From: a virus
Lineage: Duplodnaviria > Caudoviricetes
Virus record (IMG/VR): IMGVR_UViG_3300010048_000041
Span: 1 to 24,416 of that record
Length of the DNA: 24,416 bases
Direction: 5' to 3' (one strand)
Part shown: positions 7,827 to 17,300 of the stretch, one piece after another
Layout: each line of letters opens with the position of its first letter
How positions within the stretch are numbered: position 1 is the first letter of the stretch
The notes under the pieces: model-generated
Databases searched by the model: none
The model's input: only the letters and a program-made list of their open reading frames with translations
Told to the model about the DNA's origin: nothing
Program-made: the position numbers and the translations under genes

Positions 7827-9482
7827 ATGACTGGAAGTATGATGGTTCCGTTCACCGGCCCCGGTGGAGTCGGTAACGAATTCCTGTCGGCAATGTTTGC
7901 GAACGAACAGTTCGAGCAAATGTTGCAGAAGAAGCTCGGCACGTTCGCCAAGGCGGACACCGTTTCTCAGGCCACGAACCTTCTTTGGTACGACCTGAAA
8001 CCGGTTGTCCAGATGCTCTATCCGTACCGGGAATTAATTCCCCGGATCTCTCGGCTACCTCGTGTCGGAGCCGACGGCGGTAACGCCTATCACTGGAAAC
8101 GTATCGTCGGGATCAACGTGGGTGGGATTTCCTCTGGTGTGTCGGAGGGCAATCGTGGAGCCCGGATCGCCATTCAGGAACAAGACCTCACCGCTGCGTA
8201 TAAGACTCTGGGTCTTGAGTCTTCGGTTACGTTTGAAGCTCGGTTGGGCAGTCGGAACCTACAGCCCGAGGCGTTGGGTATCTCGGTTCAGTCGGCGCTC
8301 CGATCGCTGATGATCGACGAGGAGAAGATCCTCATCAACGGCAATGCGTCGATGCCGCTCGGGACCACGCCGACTCCATCGACTGTGGCCGGTGCCGTTA
8401 GCGGTGTCACCGGTTCGTTGCCAGCAACGACGTACGTCTGCTGCGTTGCGTTGACCGGCTTCGGTGTTGTCGGCTACACGCCATACAACTCGGCCGCGGC
8501 AACAGGTGGCGTCCTGGGCCAGGTCACCAAGAACAATGCCGATGGAACAGCGGACATTTACGGTGGTGGGTCGGCCAGACCATCCGCTATTGCCACGCAG
8601 GCCGCAACTGGTACACAGTGCATCACTGCAACTGTTACTCCCGTCCCTGGTGCTCTTGGCTATGCTTGGTACGTTGGTGCGACGAATACCCCGGCCACGA
8701 TGTACTTGGCGGGGCTCACGCCGACTAACCAAGTCATTATCAGCCACGTTCCGGTGGCGACCAATCAACCCCTGAGTGCCGTCTATGTGTCGGGTTCACC
8801 GGCTGACAACTCGACGGACATTCTGGTTCCCGACGGCATCCTGCCTCAGATCATGGGCGCCATCATGGGTCCAGATCCGGGTCGCTTCATGGCAACCAAC
8901 CCCATGTTGCCGACGGGCGTGTCGCTAAGCCAGGGCGGAAGCATCGTATATAACTGTGCGACGGCGAATACGGGCCTGACTATAACTGGGTCCACGATTG
9001 CCGAGTTCGATGCGGTGCTACGTGCGGCTTACGACCAATACAAGATCGGTTTCGACCGGATCTTGATGAGTTCGGCGGATATGTTAGATACGTTCGGAGC
9101 GATGCTAAACCAAGGCTCGGCGGCCAATATCTACCGTATCATGTTCGACGCAGACCAAGAGACCGGCCGCATCATCGCCGGTCGCAAAGTCACGTCGTAT
9201 ATGAATAAGTTCTTCAACAACACGCTCGACGTCGAAGTCCATCCGTACCTGCCACCGGGGACGATCATCTTCTGGAGCGATCGTAGCCCCTACGAACTCT
9301 CGGGCGTCTCGAACATCCTCGAAGCTCGTGTCCGTCAGGACTACTACCAGATCCAGTGGCCCTGGAAATCGCGTCGATATGAGTACGGTGTATACGTGGA
9401 CGAGGTCTTCAGTTGCTACTTCACGCCGGCGTTCGCGTTGATCACGAACAAGAACCCGACCTCGGGCACCTTTATTTACTAA
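7827..9482 (+). CDS. Major capsid protein (HK97-fold inferred) with a beta-rich insertion
   Basis: 551 aa after the protease/scaffold gene, SD GGAG at 7816-7819. Motifs WYDL....LYP, RLPRV, GVSEGNRG, YKTLGLE..VTFEA, EEK.LINGN, VHPYLPPGT, YEYGVY.DE. Confidence 0.85.
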   Translation: MTGSMMVPFTGPGGVGNEFLSAMFANEQFEQMLQKKLGTFAKADTVSQATNLLWYDLKPVVQMLYPYRELIPRISRLPRVGADGGNAYHWKRIVGINVGGISSGVSEGNRGARIAIQEQDLTAAYKTLGLESSVTFEARLGSRNLQPEALGISVQSALRSLMIDEEKILINGNASMPLGTTPTPSTVAGAVSGVTGSLPATTYVCCVALTGFGVVGYTPYNSAAATGGVLGQVTKNNADGTADIYGGGSARPSAIATQAATGTQCITATVTPVPGALGYAWYVGATNTPATMYLAGLTPTNQVIISHVPVATNQPLSAVYVSGSPADNSTDILVPDGILPQIMGAIMGPDPGRFMATNPMLPTGVSLSQGGSIVYNCATANTGLTITGSTIAEFDAVLRAAYDQYKIGFDRILMSSADMLDTFGAMLNQGSAANIYRIMFDADQETGRIIAGRKVTSYMNKFFNNTLDVEVHPYLPPGTIIFWSDRSPYELSGVSNILEARVRQDYYQIQWPWKSRRYEYGVYVDEVFSCYFTPAFALITNKNPTSGTFIY

Positions 9483-9512
9483 CAATCACAGGTCCGAGAA
9501 AGGAGGTTCGTT

Positions 9513-10052
9513 ATGTGGTTCCGTTATCCACCCGGCATCGATAATATCAATGTCCAGGAACAGACTTTCGGCGTCGACTACAAAGATCGCGACGGCAATC
9601 AATTCTTCCGAGCACCGGAGTCGTTGAGTAAATCGATCCTGGTTATTCCGGGCTTTGCCGTCGTTACTCGGCCCGCGGATGCACCGGCCGATCTTACCGA
9701 CGATACACCGGAAGACAAAGCCGACCCGCTTGCTCAGCTGTCGTCTCAGGTCGAAACGATACGGACTGAGAACGAAGCCCTTAAGAAAGGCGTTAGCGAA
9801 CTGACCGCGGAGCGAGATGCTCTCAAGGCTCAGGTCGAAGCGTTGGGTCGGCAGCTAGCGCAGGCTGGTCAACAGGCAGAAGCGGCAACAGCGGGCTCGA
9901 CGGCACCTACAGTCGGTACCACCGGCCCTGCAATTGGATCAGGAGCGACCAGTGCGTCAACAGCGCCATCGGGGGATACGACAACCGAGAGTCATCAAGA
10001 TCAAGCACCACACTCCGGTCATGCGCCGGCCCACCAAGGCCAGCGGAAGTAG
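9513..10052 (+). CDS. Hypothetical head-associated protein with coiled coil and disordered tail
   Basis: SD AGGAGG at 9502-9507; heptad segment LAQLSSQVETIRTENEALKKGVSELTAERDALKAQVEAL. Confidence 0.75.
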   Translation: MWFRYPPGIDNINVQEQTFGVDYKDRDGNQFFRAPESLSKSILVIPGFAVVTRPADAPADLTDDTPEDKADPLAQLSSQVETIRTENEALKKGVSELTAERDALKAQVEALGRQLAQAGQQAEAATAGSTAPTVGTTGPAIGSGATSASTAPSGDTTTESHQDQAPHSGHAPAHQGQRK

Positions 10053-10077
10053 AAAAGTCGGCCGACGGAGGTAACTA

Positions 10078-10974
10078 GTGGGCTCATTAGCGACGGGAGA
10101 CCTGACAACGTTAGCAACCGCTCAGGCGTACTTGTCTAACGCTCCAAATCCGACAGTGTTGTCGGGTATGATAACTCGGGTCTCCCGTAGCATTTTGTCC
10201 TATATCAATCGGCCGATGATCGTACCGACAAACTACAATGAAGTGTACAACGGACAGAACACCAAGCAACTCGTCTTGTTTAATTGGCCGATTATCGCGT
10301 TGAACACGTTGACCGTCCATAACGTAAAAATTCCAGCCGCCAATCCGGTTCCAAACCTCAACGGTGTCCCGACTGCCTCGCCGTGGGGCTATCGATATGC
10401 TCCGCCGGAGTTGGCTCCTCCAGGTGCGCCAGCGGTCGTGGAACTGGTTGGCGGCTGGGCCTATTGGCGAGGGATGCAGACCACAGTCGTTAGCTATCGG
10501 GCCGGATACCTGGTGTCCAACGAGCTTCAGATCGTCCCGGCGACACCATTTCAAGTCACACCGAATATGCCCTTCGGCCAATGGGCGACCGACGAGGGCG
10601 TGATTAACGTTGCGACCGGTCAGCCGATGACTCCAATGCCAACGAATGCAACGTTAGCTTCCGGTCAGTACATTCCTCCGAACCCTTCGGTTGGACAATC
10701 GTATTATGCCTTCAGCGCAGCAGACACAGGACTCCAAGTCAGTCTCTCGTACGGATATATACCTGGAGACATTGAACAGGCCACGCTCGAAACCGTTGCC
10801 GAACGGGCGGCCTATCGGACACGACCAGGAGTCCGATCCCAATCACTTGCCGCTCAGGAGACTATTTCCTACGGCGTGGATAACCGCGTTGGTTATGGTC
10901 TTAGCAGTTATGTCATGGACATTCTTGGTTCTTACTGCAACGTTCTTCCACCGCCTATAGGAGCTGACGTGTGA
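10078..10974 (+). CDS. Head-tail adaptor/connector (gp6/gp15-like) with inserted beta domains
   Basis: SD GGAGGT at 10067-10072. N-terminal DLTTLATAQAYL..MITRVSRSILSYINR and C-terminal IPGDIEQATLETVA helices are typical of adaptors; position after the capsid gene fits. Confidence 0.75.
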   Translation: MGSLATGDLTTLATAQAYLSNAPNPTVLSGMITRVSRSILSYINRPMIVPTNYNEVYNGQNTKQLVLFNWPIIALNTLTVHNVKIPAANPVPNLNGVPTASPWGYRYAPPELAPPGAPAVVELVGGWAYWRGMQTTVVSYRAGYLVSNELQIVPATPFQVTPNMPFGQWATDEGVINVATGQPMTPMPTNATLASGQYIPPNPSVGQSYYAFSAADTGLQVSLSYGYIPGDIEQATLETVAERAAYRTRPGVRSQSLAAQETISYGVDNRVGYGLSSYVMDILGSYCNVLPPPIGADV

Positions 10975-11276
10975 ACGAAGAAGAAATCATCGACAAGAAG
11001 CCACTGATCCCAGGGAATATGGGTTCCATCGTCATGGAGCCATTCAATTACGCCGTAGCGGCAGCGTGTCGGAAGTACTTGGAAATTGGTGTTCCAACGA
11101 ACGTAATGATCGAGTTTTTGTTAAATCATTTGTGTTCGGTCGCGGCGATGGTCGAACCCGCCGGTGCAAGGGAGGCGTTGGTTAAGGACTTAGTCCGTAG
11201 CTTTGCATCGATGGTCAATAAGCACGTCGATGCGAGGTATACGTCGCCAGGGGGAGTTCACTTGCCGCGGAGATAG
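10971..11276 (+). CDS. Hypothetical helical protein, 101 aa
   Basis: GTGA overlap with the upstream stop; AGGAG upstream. Confidence 0.7.
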   Translation: MNEEEIIDKKPLIPGNMGSIVMEPFNYAVAAACRKYLEIGVPTNVMIEFLLNHLCSVAAMVEPAGAREALVKDLVRSFASMVNKHVDARYTSPGGVHLPRR

Positions 11277-11279
11277 GTC

Positions 11280-11699
11280 GTGAGTACTTGCGGGTCATGC
11301 AACCTGTGTTGCAAAGTTCTTCAAGTAAGCGATATCCAAAAACCAGCTAGAATGTTGTGCTGGTGGACAGGAGTTCATGGTGGCTGCGAACGGCATAACG
11401 AAAAGGCGACTGATCCACTATTATTGGCTTGTCATCAGTTTAAATGTGTCTGGTTGGCGTCACAGAGTCACGAAGACCCAGAGAAACGGCTTCCGCGGCG
11501 AATGAGACCGGACCAGACCCACGTCATGATGGGGCCGCAGGAACCCAGTGACAATACGTTGTTATATGTCCACGTCGATCCGGAATATCCCGACGCGTGG
11601 ACCGAGCCTGAGATATTCGGCTATCTTAAGGACATTATAAAACGTGGCGGTAAGATCGAGATGTTCGTTGGTGAAGAACGCTTCATGTTGAATGTCTGA
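11280..11699 (+). CDS. YkgJ-like CxxCxxCC cysteine-cluster (Zn or Fe-S) protein
   Basis: CGSCNLCC...C...GC...ACHQFKCVWL...RPD pattern; 139 aa. Confidence 0.75.
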   Translation: MSTCGSCNLCCKVLQVSDIQKPARMLCWWTGVHGGCERHNEKATDPLLLACHQFKCVWLASQSHEDPEKRLPRRMRPDQTHVMMGPQEPSDNTLLYVHVDPEYPDAWTEPEIFGYLKDIIKRGGKIEMFVGEERFMLNV

Positions 11700-12178
11700 T
11701 GCCAGGACTACCGTTCGACCGTCAGGGACTAAAGAATGCATTGTTTGCGATGGCCCAGTCGGCTGTGTTTCCAATTCCCGTCAATGGGTCAACGACTTGG
11801 CTAACGACCAGCCGAAGACTCAAGTTATTCAATGCGGTTGATCCATCGGTTCAGCCAGCGATGTATATGGTTCAGCACCGTGAGCAATATCAAGTCCTTG
11901 GCGAAGGTCGACTCACGCGGCGCTATCTCGACATGGGCCTCTGGTGCTATGCGCCGACTGGAGACGATGGCATCATTGGCGATGATCTACTTGATGCGAT
12001 GGAAACTGGACTGGAAGCTGCGTTACAGCCCGATGATACGTCGCGGAACGAACTCACTCTGGGCGGCTTATGTCAGTGGGCTAGAATTATGCGAGAGGAT
12101 AATATGTTCATCCGCGATCCGGGGGATATCGACGGCCAAGCGCTATTGGTCCTCCCAGTCAGGATACTCATCCCCTAG
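11699..12178 (+). CDS. Tail terminator / tail completion protein
   Basis: TGATG coupling. SRRLK......QPA, TLGGL...ARI, DPGDIDGQA...LPVRILIP pattern; located just upstream of the tube gene. Confidence 0.7.
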   Translation: MPGLPFDRQGLKNALFAMAQSAVFPIPVNGSTTWLTTSRRLKLFNAVDPSVQPAMYMVQHREQYQVLGEGRLTRRYLDMGLWCYAPTGDDGIIGDDLLDAMETGLEAALQPDDTSRNELTLGGLCQWARIMREDNMFIRDPGDIDGQALLVLPVRILIP

Positions 12179-12191
12179 AAAGGAGGAGACC

Positions 12192-12413
12192 TTGAGCGAA
12201 GACCATTCAACCGACAACGTAAGTCAAATACCAGCGCCGGAGCCACCGACTTCAATTTCCGACTCAGTCTGGGCCAACGCCACGGAGAAATGGGTCGGAA
12301 CATGCGTTCGCAATTCACCAATATCCCATGACTCGGGGGCCTGGAACCGACTCAACGAAGTTCTTCCGAAACTTCGGGAGTTTCTTGAAGCTGAACTGTC
12401 GAAGAAGGAGTAA
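12192..12413 (+). CDS. Small hypothetical protein, 73 aa (TTG start)
   Basis: SD AGGAGG at 12181-12186 before TTG 12192. C-terminal part of track ORF 11832..12413 (MSEDHS...W...VRNSPISHDSGAWN...). Confidence 0.7.
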   Translation: MSEDHSTDNVSQIPAPEPPTSISDSVWANATEKWVGTCVRNSPISHDSGAWNRLNEVLPKLREFLEAELSKKE

Positions 12414-12418
12414 CGGCT

Positions 12419-13153
12419 ATGCAGTTTGGATTTGGTTCGGGCATCCTGACGGGTACTCGCACGGACATCGCTGGCGGATCACCCATACGTTTCGGTGCGT
12501 TACAGAACGTTGACGTCGAGTTCTCGGGCGAAATCAAAGAACTCTACTCAATGAACCAATACCCCATTGATACGGCTCGTGGTAAAACTAAGGTCTCGGG
12601 TAAAGCGAAGGTCGCCGAAATCAAAGGTCACATGTATAACGACCTGTTCTTCGGACTGACACTCAATACTGGGTCCACCCGGTATCAGTGGAACGAAGCG
12701 GCGACGGCAGGATCGACCTATGTGGTCGCCAATGCCTCGTCGACGCCATTGGTCGATCAAGGTGTCTTTAACGCCTCGACTGGTATCCAGTTCTATAACG
12801 CTGGAACCGCCGCCCCGGCAGCCGGTCAGTATACGTTCGCAGCTTCGACGGGAACATATACGTTCGCCGCTGGCGACAGTGGAACTCATGTTTTGATCAG
12901 CTATACGTATACGTCGGCCACGGTTGGGTTCAACATTCCGATCACCAATCCGTTGATGGGTAATACGCCACGGTTTACGGCGACGTTGTTCCAACAGTTT
13001 GAGAACAACCAGATCGTGTTGACGTTGAATGCGTGTGTCAGCACCCGGTTGACGTTCCCGACGCGGCTCGACGATTACGTTCTTCAGGATCTCGACTTCT
13101 CGGCGTTCGCCGATGGTGGCGGGAACGTCGGTGTGTGGAACTCGACTGACTAA
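12419..13153 (+). CDS. Major tail tube protein
   Basis: 244 aa with SD AAGGAG. FGFGSG, FGALQNV.V.FS...KELY, ARGK.KVSGKAK and DY...DLDFSAFAD motifs; precedes the chaperones and TMP. Confidence 0.82.
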   Translation: MQFGFGSGILTGTRTDIAGGSPIRFGALQNVDVEFSGEIKELYSMNQYPIDTARGKTKVSGKAKVAEIKGHMYNDLFFGLTLNTGSTRYQWNEAATAGSTYVVANASSTPLVDQGVFNASTGIQFYNAGTAAPAAGQYTFAASTGTYTFAAGDSGTHVLISYTYTSATVGFNIPITNPLMGNTPRFTATLFQQFENNQIVLTLNACVSTRLTFPTRLDDYVLQDLDFSAFADGGGNVGVWNSTD

Positions 13154-13161
13154 TTTAACCA

Positions 13162-13635
13162 ATGGGGCCTGTCATGACTGGACCAAACGGAGCGAACGGT
13201 TTCTCATGGAAGCCGAATTTTCAACCCCCGTCAAACGTAACCAAGTTCACGATTGGCGACCAAACGATCGAAGTCGCTGCGCTGACGTTGTGGGCAATGG
13301 AACACGTAAAGGACGAGCTTCTGGTGCTAGGACCGGAACTCGATTTTATCTCCTACGCCCGCAACGTCTTACGCATCGTCTACAAGCTGACGAAGCTCGC
13401 CCATCCCGAAATCGAAATTACGGAAGAAGACCTGCTCCGGTCCTGTTCCATTCGGGAAATGCGAAACCTGGCTGCGTCGATGAACGAACTCCTGGGGATC
13501 TCCGGCTTCGATGCCGGCCCTACGGGTCAGACGGCGGAAGAGGCGGCGGCTCTGGCGTCTGGGACTGGGACATCGACTCAATCGCCGCAAGACTCGCCGC
13601 CAACGGAGTCTGCAACGGCGACTTCGACTGGATAA
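13162..13635 (+). CDS. Tail assembly chaperone G
   Basis: Lies between tube and TMP, with a helical acidic core ending ELLGISGF and then a low-complexity tail. Alternative start ATG 13174. Confidence 0.7.
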   Translation: MGPVMTGPNGANGFSWKPNFQPPSNVTKFTIGDQTIEVAALTLWAMEHVKDELLVLGPELDFISYARNVLRIVYKLTKLAHPEIEITEEDLLRSCSIREMRNLAASMNELLGISGFDAGPTGQTAEEAAALASGTGTSTQSPQDSPPTESATATSTG

Positions 13636-13826
13636 AACAATCATATACGCTGAAACGAGTCAAGCTGCTCTATAAGGCGTGGGAGGAACATCCTCCAGTC
13701 GGTTGGCTAGTCGCCGCTTATCTCGGTTACGAAAGCCCAGAAAAGAAACGTCAGCAGGCAATCGAGAACACTCGAACTATGTTCGAGCGCATTCGTGCGT
13801 CAGGAGGCAGTGTGCCAATTCGGTGA
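13521..13826 (+). CDS. Tail assembly chaperone T portion (GT fusion through probable -1 frameshift)
   Basis: The -1 frame overlapping the end of G encodes DWDIDSIAARL...W....TLKR...LYKAWEEHPPVGWLVAAYLG, with no local ATG/GTG/TTG ahead of this segment. Confidence 0.65.
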   Translation, partial: YGSDGGRGGGSGVWDWDIDSIAARLAANGVCNGDFDWIKQSYTLKRVKLLYKAWEEHPPVGWLVAAYLGYESPEKKRQQAIENTRTMFERIRASGGSVPIR

Positions 13827-13878
13827 TTATGGTATGTCTTTTCCGAATTTCGGAACGTATGCCGGATAGGAGGTCATA

Positions 13879-14319
13879 ATGCCGGGACCGATCCTCGACG
13901 TAAAATTCAATGCCGACGAAGTCATTGCAATGATAAACTCAAAGCGGCGAAAGCTCGTGACCGCGGTTGAGTCAAAGATGGGTGAGGTTATGGAAAGGGT
14001 CGCCGACACTTTTCTAGAAGGCAAGACGAGCAAAGTTGGCATGTATATTGATCCAAGGACTATTGACTGGGGCGTTCAGAAACTCGGCGTGAAGTCGATC
14101 CTTGGCTACGTCGAGTCCCGTGACAAAGGCGGCACATACGTCATTACTCCTGTTGAGGCGAAGATGCTCGTCTTCTTTGCGAAATCTGGCGACTTGGTTA
14201 GAACCAAATTAGTCAATCGTCCGTATCTCAAAGGATCGAAGTTTCTTCCTGAGCATTTCCTTGAGATGAAACCCTGGATCGAAGATCAGCTCGAAGACGC
14301 GGTTATTGACGCCCTCTAA
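13879..14319 (+). CDS. HK97 gp10-like neck/tail-completion protein (tentative)
   Basis: SD AGGAGGT at 13868-13874; motif ITPVEAKMLVF......V..K.VNRP......FL. Family assignment is from recall. Confidence 0.55.
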   Translation: MPGPILDVKFNADEVIAMINSKRRKLVTAVESKMGEVMERVADTFLEGKTSKVGMYIDPRTIDWGVQKLGVKSILGYVESRDKGGTYVITPVEAKMLVFFAKSGDLVRTKLVNRPYLKGSKFLPEHFLEMKPWIEDQLEDAVIDAL

Positions 14320-14334
14320 CCGAAGGCCGCCACT

Positions 14335-17300
14335 ATGGCTGACGTAAGATTAACCGTAGAAGCGAATGTCGGCGAAGCCGTATCGGCGCTCGAAAGACTC
14401 AACGCTGAACTCAAGAAAACGCAATCTGAGGCTGAGCAGACCATACGTCGATTCGGCGAGTGGGCCGGTGGACGCAACGTCGCCAGCCAGATCGAAGACA
14501 CAACAAACAAGATCCGATCAAATCAGGCAGCCCTCGAAAGCTACGAGTCAGTACTACAGGCCGCCGTAGTTTATGAGAATGCCTTGTCTGACGCTCAGCG
14601 CAGGCGAGTCGAAGTTACACAGCAAATGATCGCGGCCAATAAAGAGGCCGCCGCGAGCACGACTCAGCTTATATCCCAAGGCGAACACGGAGTTTATGTC
14701 TCGGGTCGTGGGCCGAAAGAATCTCAGACGGCCGAAGAGTCTATGGGGGTCTTCCAAGAAGGCCATCCACAGATGGCTGAATATCAAGGCCCGTCGCCTG
14801 AATTGACTGCTGAGGTTGCCGAAAATCTAAACAAGGTAAACGAGGCACTTGCGTTCAATGAACGCACGATACTCAGCGCATCCGCTGCCGCAAAGACCCT
14901 AACTCAATCACTAACTGACAATGCATATTGGGACGACGAGAACCGTATACGGGCGGCTGCGCTTGCCGAAATCCTCGCCGGCGAGGCCGAAGCCTTACGT
15001 CTGACGTCTGAAGCTGCCGCCGAGAAGATCCGAATTTTCAAGGAGATGGACGACGAGGTAGCGAAGAACATCGCAGCTGAGAAGAAATACACGGCTGAGT
15101 CAATTCAGGGCGCCCGTGACCAAGCTACCGCACTCCAAGAAGCGAAGAATGCCCATGCCCAATGGTCGCAGGGCATGGCTCGTGACAATGCTGAAGCCGC
15201 CGCAGCACAGGCAAAATACCAAGCCGGTATAGCTGCCGGAAACTCTGCCGAAAATCTCCGCATCAATACTATGAGGATGGCGGAGTCGGAAGTCGATAAC
15301 TTCAAGGCCAAAATTGCTGAACTGACTCGAGCCGAGACCGAACCCGCGTTTAATCCGGAACAGCTGGAGGGACTCAAACGTTCGTTCTCGCAGACCGGGC
15401 GGGCGTATGGGTCACTCGCCAAAGAAGTCGAAGAAAATAGTTTCCGGATCGAATTTGGCCTCCGTCACATGGTTGCCATATTCGACGAGTCTATGCGCGG
15501 CCAACGCGGGGCGATGGTAGCATCGTCGATCGCATTCGTCCGTGACACCGGCTTGATGAAGTCGGCGATTGAGACTATACAAAACATTCCGATGGGTGGC
15601 TGGGGTGCCATTATTGCCGGTGCAATGGCTGCCGCCGCCGCGATCTACGAACTCGAACAAGCCTATCAACGCTCGTCGGCCATTCGCGAACGCGAAGTCG
15701 CCGTTGGGTTCTCTGGCGGTGGCGTCAGTCCGACGACGCGAATTGACATCGGAAAGCAATTCGACGCCGACCGTGCATATACGAACGAATGGCTTGGGAC
15801 CGAGAGGAAGGTCTACGAAGAATTAAACAAGCTGCCAGCGGTTGCACAATCGTCCGCTAGTGCGATTGCTCACTTGGGTCAGGACTTTGCTGGTTTAGCG
15901 AGAGTAAATGCAGCGAAGCCCGTTGAGGAATTGACTAAAGCGGCGATGAAGTCTCCAGAGGCGTTGTACGAAACCGCCAAGGAGATGATGCATCTGACGA
16001 CAACCATCGAAGACAATGGGCTGTCGACCAAGCAGAATCTACAAGTCCTTGGAGCTACGGAGGAAGGATATAGGCACGCGGTTGAGGCGATCCGTTCGCA
16101 ATCGTCTCAGATGCTTGAAGCAAGTCATGCGGCGGAAGTAAACAAGAATTCGCTGATCTCACTTCAGGAGTCACTAGAGCTAGCTAACATAGCTGAGTCT
16201 GGTGCCGTTAACATTGAAGATCAACACGCAGCGAATTTAATGAAGCTGCTCGACCCGTTACAGAACGTCGTTATTTCGACGAAAGCGTGGTCGGCGGCAC
16301 TCGAAGCCCAGAACCAGGCGATCGAGGCCGGGACTCCGGTACTGACTGAGCGCATTAAGCTGATGCGGCAGATGGCGGCCCTGAGAGTTCCTGACCTACA
16401 GCCGTCGGCCGAGGGCGAGTATGGTGGACCTGGTGGCGCTGTTGAGGCTGCTCGTCGTAAGGCTTTGGCCGAAGACGAAGCCAACATGCTCGGGATAACG
16501 ACGAAAGGCGAACAACTCAAGCACGAACAGATATTAAATGACATCGAAGCCCAGAAGCACGCGCGGGCTGCTGACATCGAAGCCCAGATCGCGGGTGCGA
16601 GAAAAATTCTTGAGGAAGAAAAACGCTTCGCCCGTCAGAAGCTCGGGGCCGAAGAAGGAGGCGAACCGACCGAGGAAGAGGTTTCTAAGGTTCCGGAAGT
16701 CCAGCGGGCGCAGATCGCTCTCGACGACGAACTCGCCAAACAGCACCGGCAAAATACTGCTGACTGGATATCTAGCGAACAAGAAAAAATCAATAACGAG
16801 CACTTAGGAACGGCGGAACGACTCGCGGCCCAAGACGAAATCATTGCGAAGCTCCAGGCAGAACAGGCGGCCGGCTACGAGACTCAGGCAGCCGTCGATG
16901 AGGCCAAACGCCGCCGGGCGACAATGGCTCGCCAATACGCCAACGAGGAATATGCTGCATTCAAAGACGCTGGCCGCGCAGAAATCGAAGACGCCAAAGA
17001 CAATATAGCCAAGATTAATCAGGTATGGCAAGGCATTTGGCAAAAGGCGATCGATACAGGTCAGACCAAGCAGGCGTTTGAAGAAATTACGCGCGAGTGG
17101 GTTCGTGACGTCAACAGCGCCAAGGAACGTAGTTTTCAGGAATTCGCCGCCGGTGAACGCGAAAAGGTCCAAGAAGCTCGCGGCGACTGGAAACTAATAA
17201 CCCAAATCTATCAAGAGTGGGCCGACAAAGCCGCTGAATTGTTCGGTAAGAACAGCGAGCAATTTAAGCAAGTCCAGCGGGAGATGGTCAAAGCGGCCCA

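Noticed and set aside
10057-10066. Palindrome GTCGGCCGAC after ORF 9513
   Set aside because: Too short, with no room for a stable stem and no U-tract; likely chance.
13454-13460. GGGAAAT as the lambda-type slippery site
   Set aside because: Out of phase with chaperone G codons (CGG GAA ATG), and upstream of the conserved-looking GISGF end.
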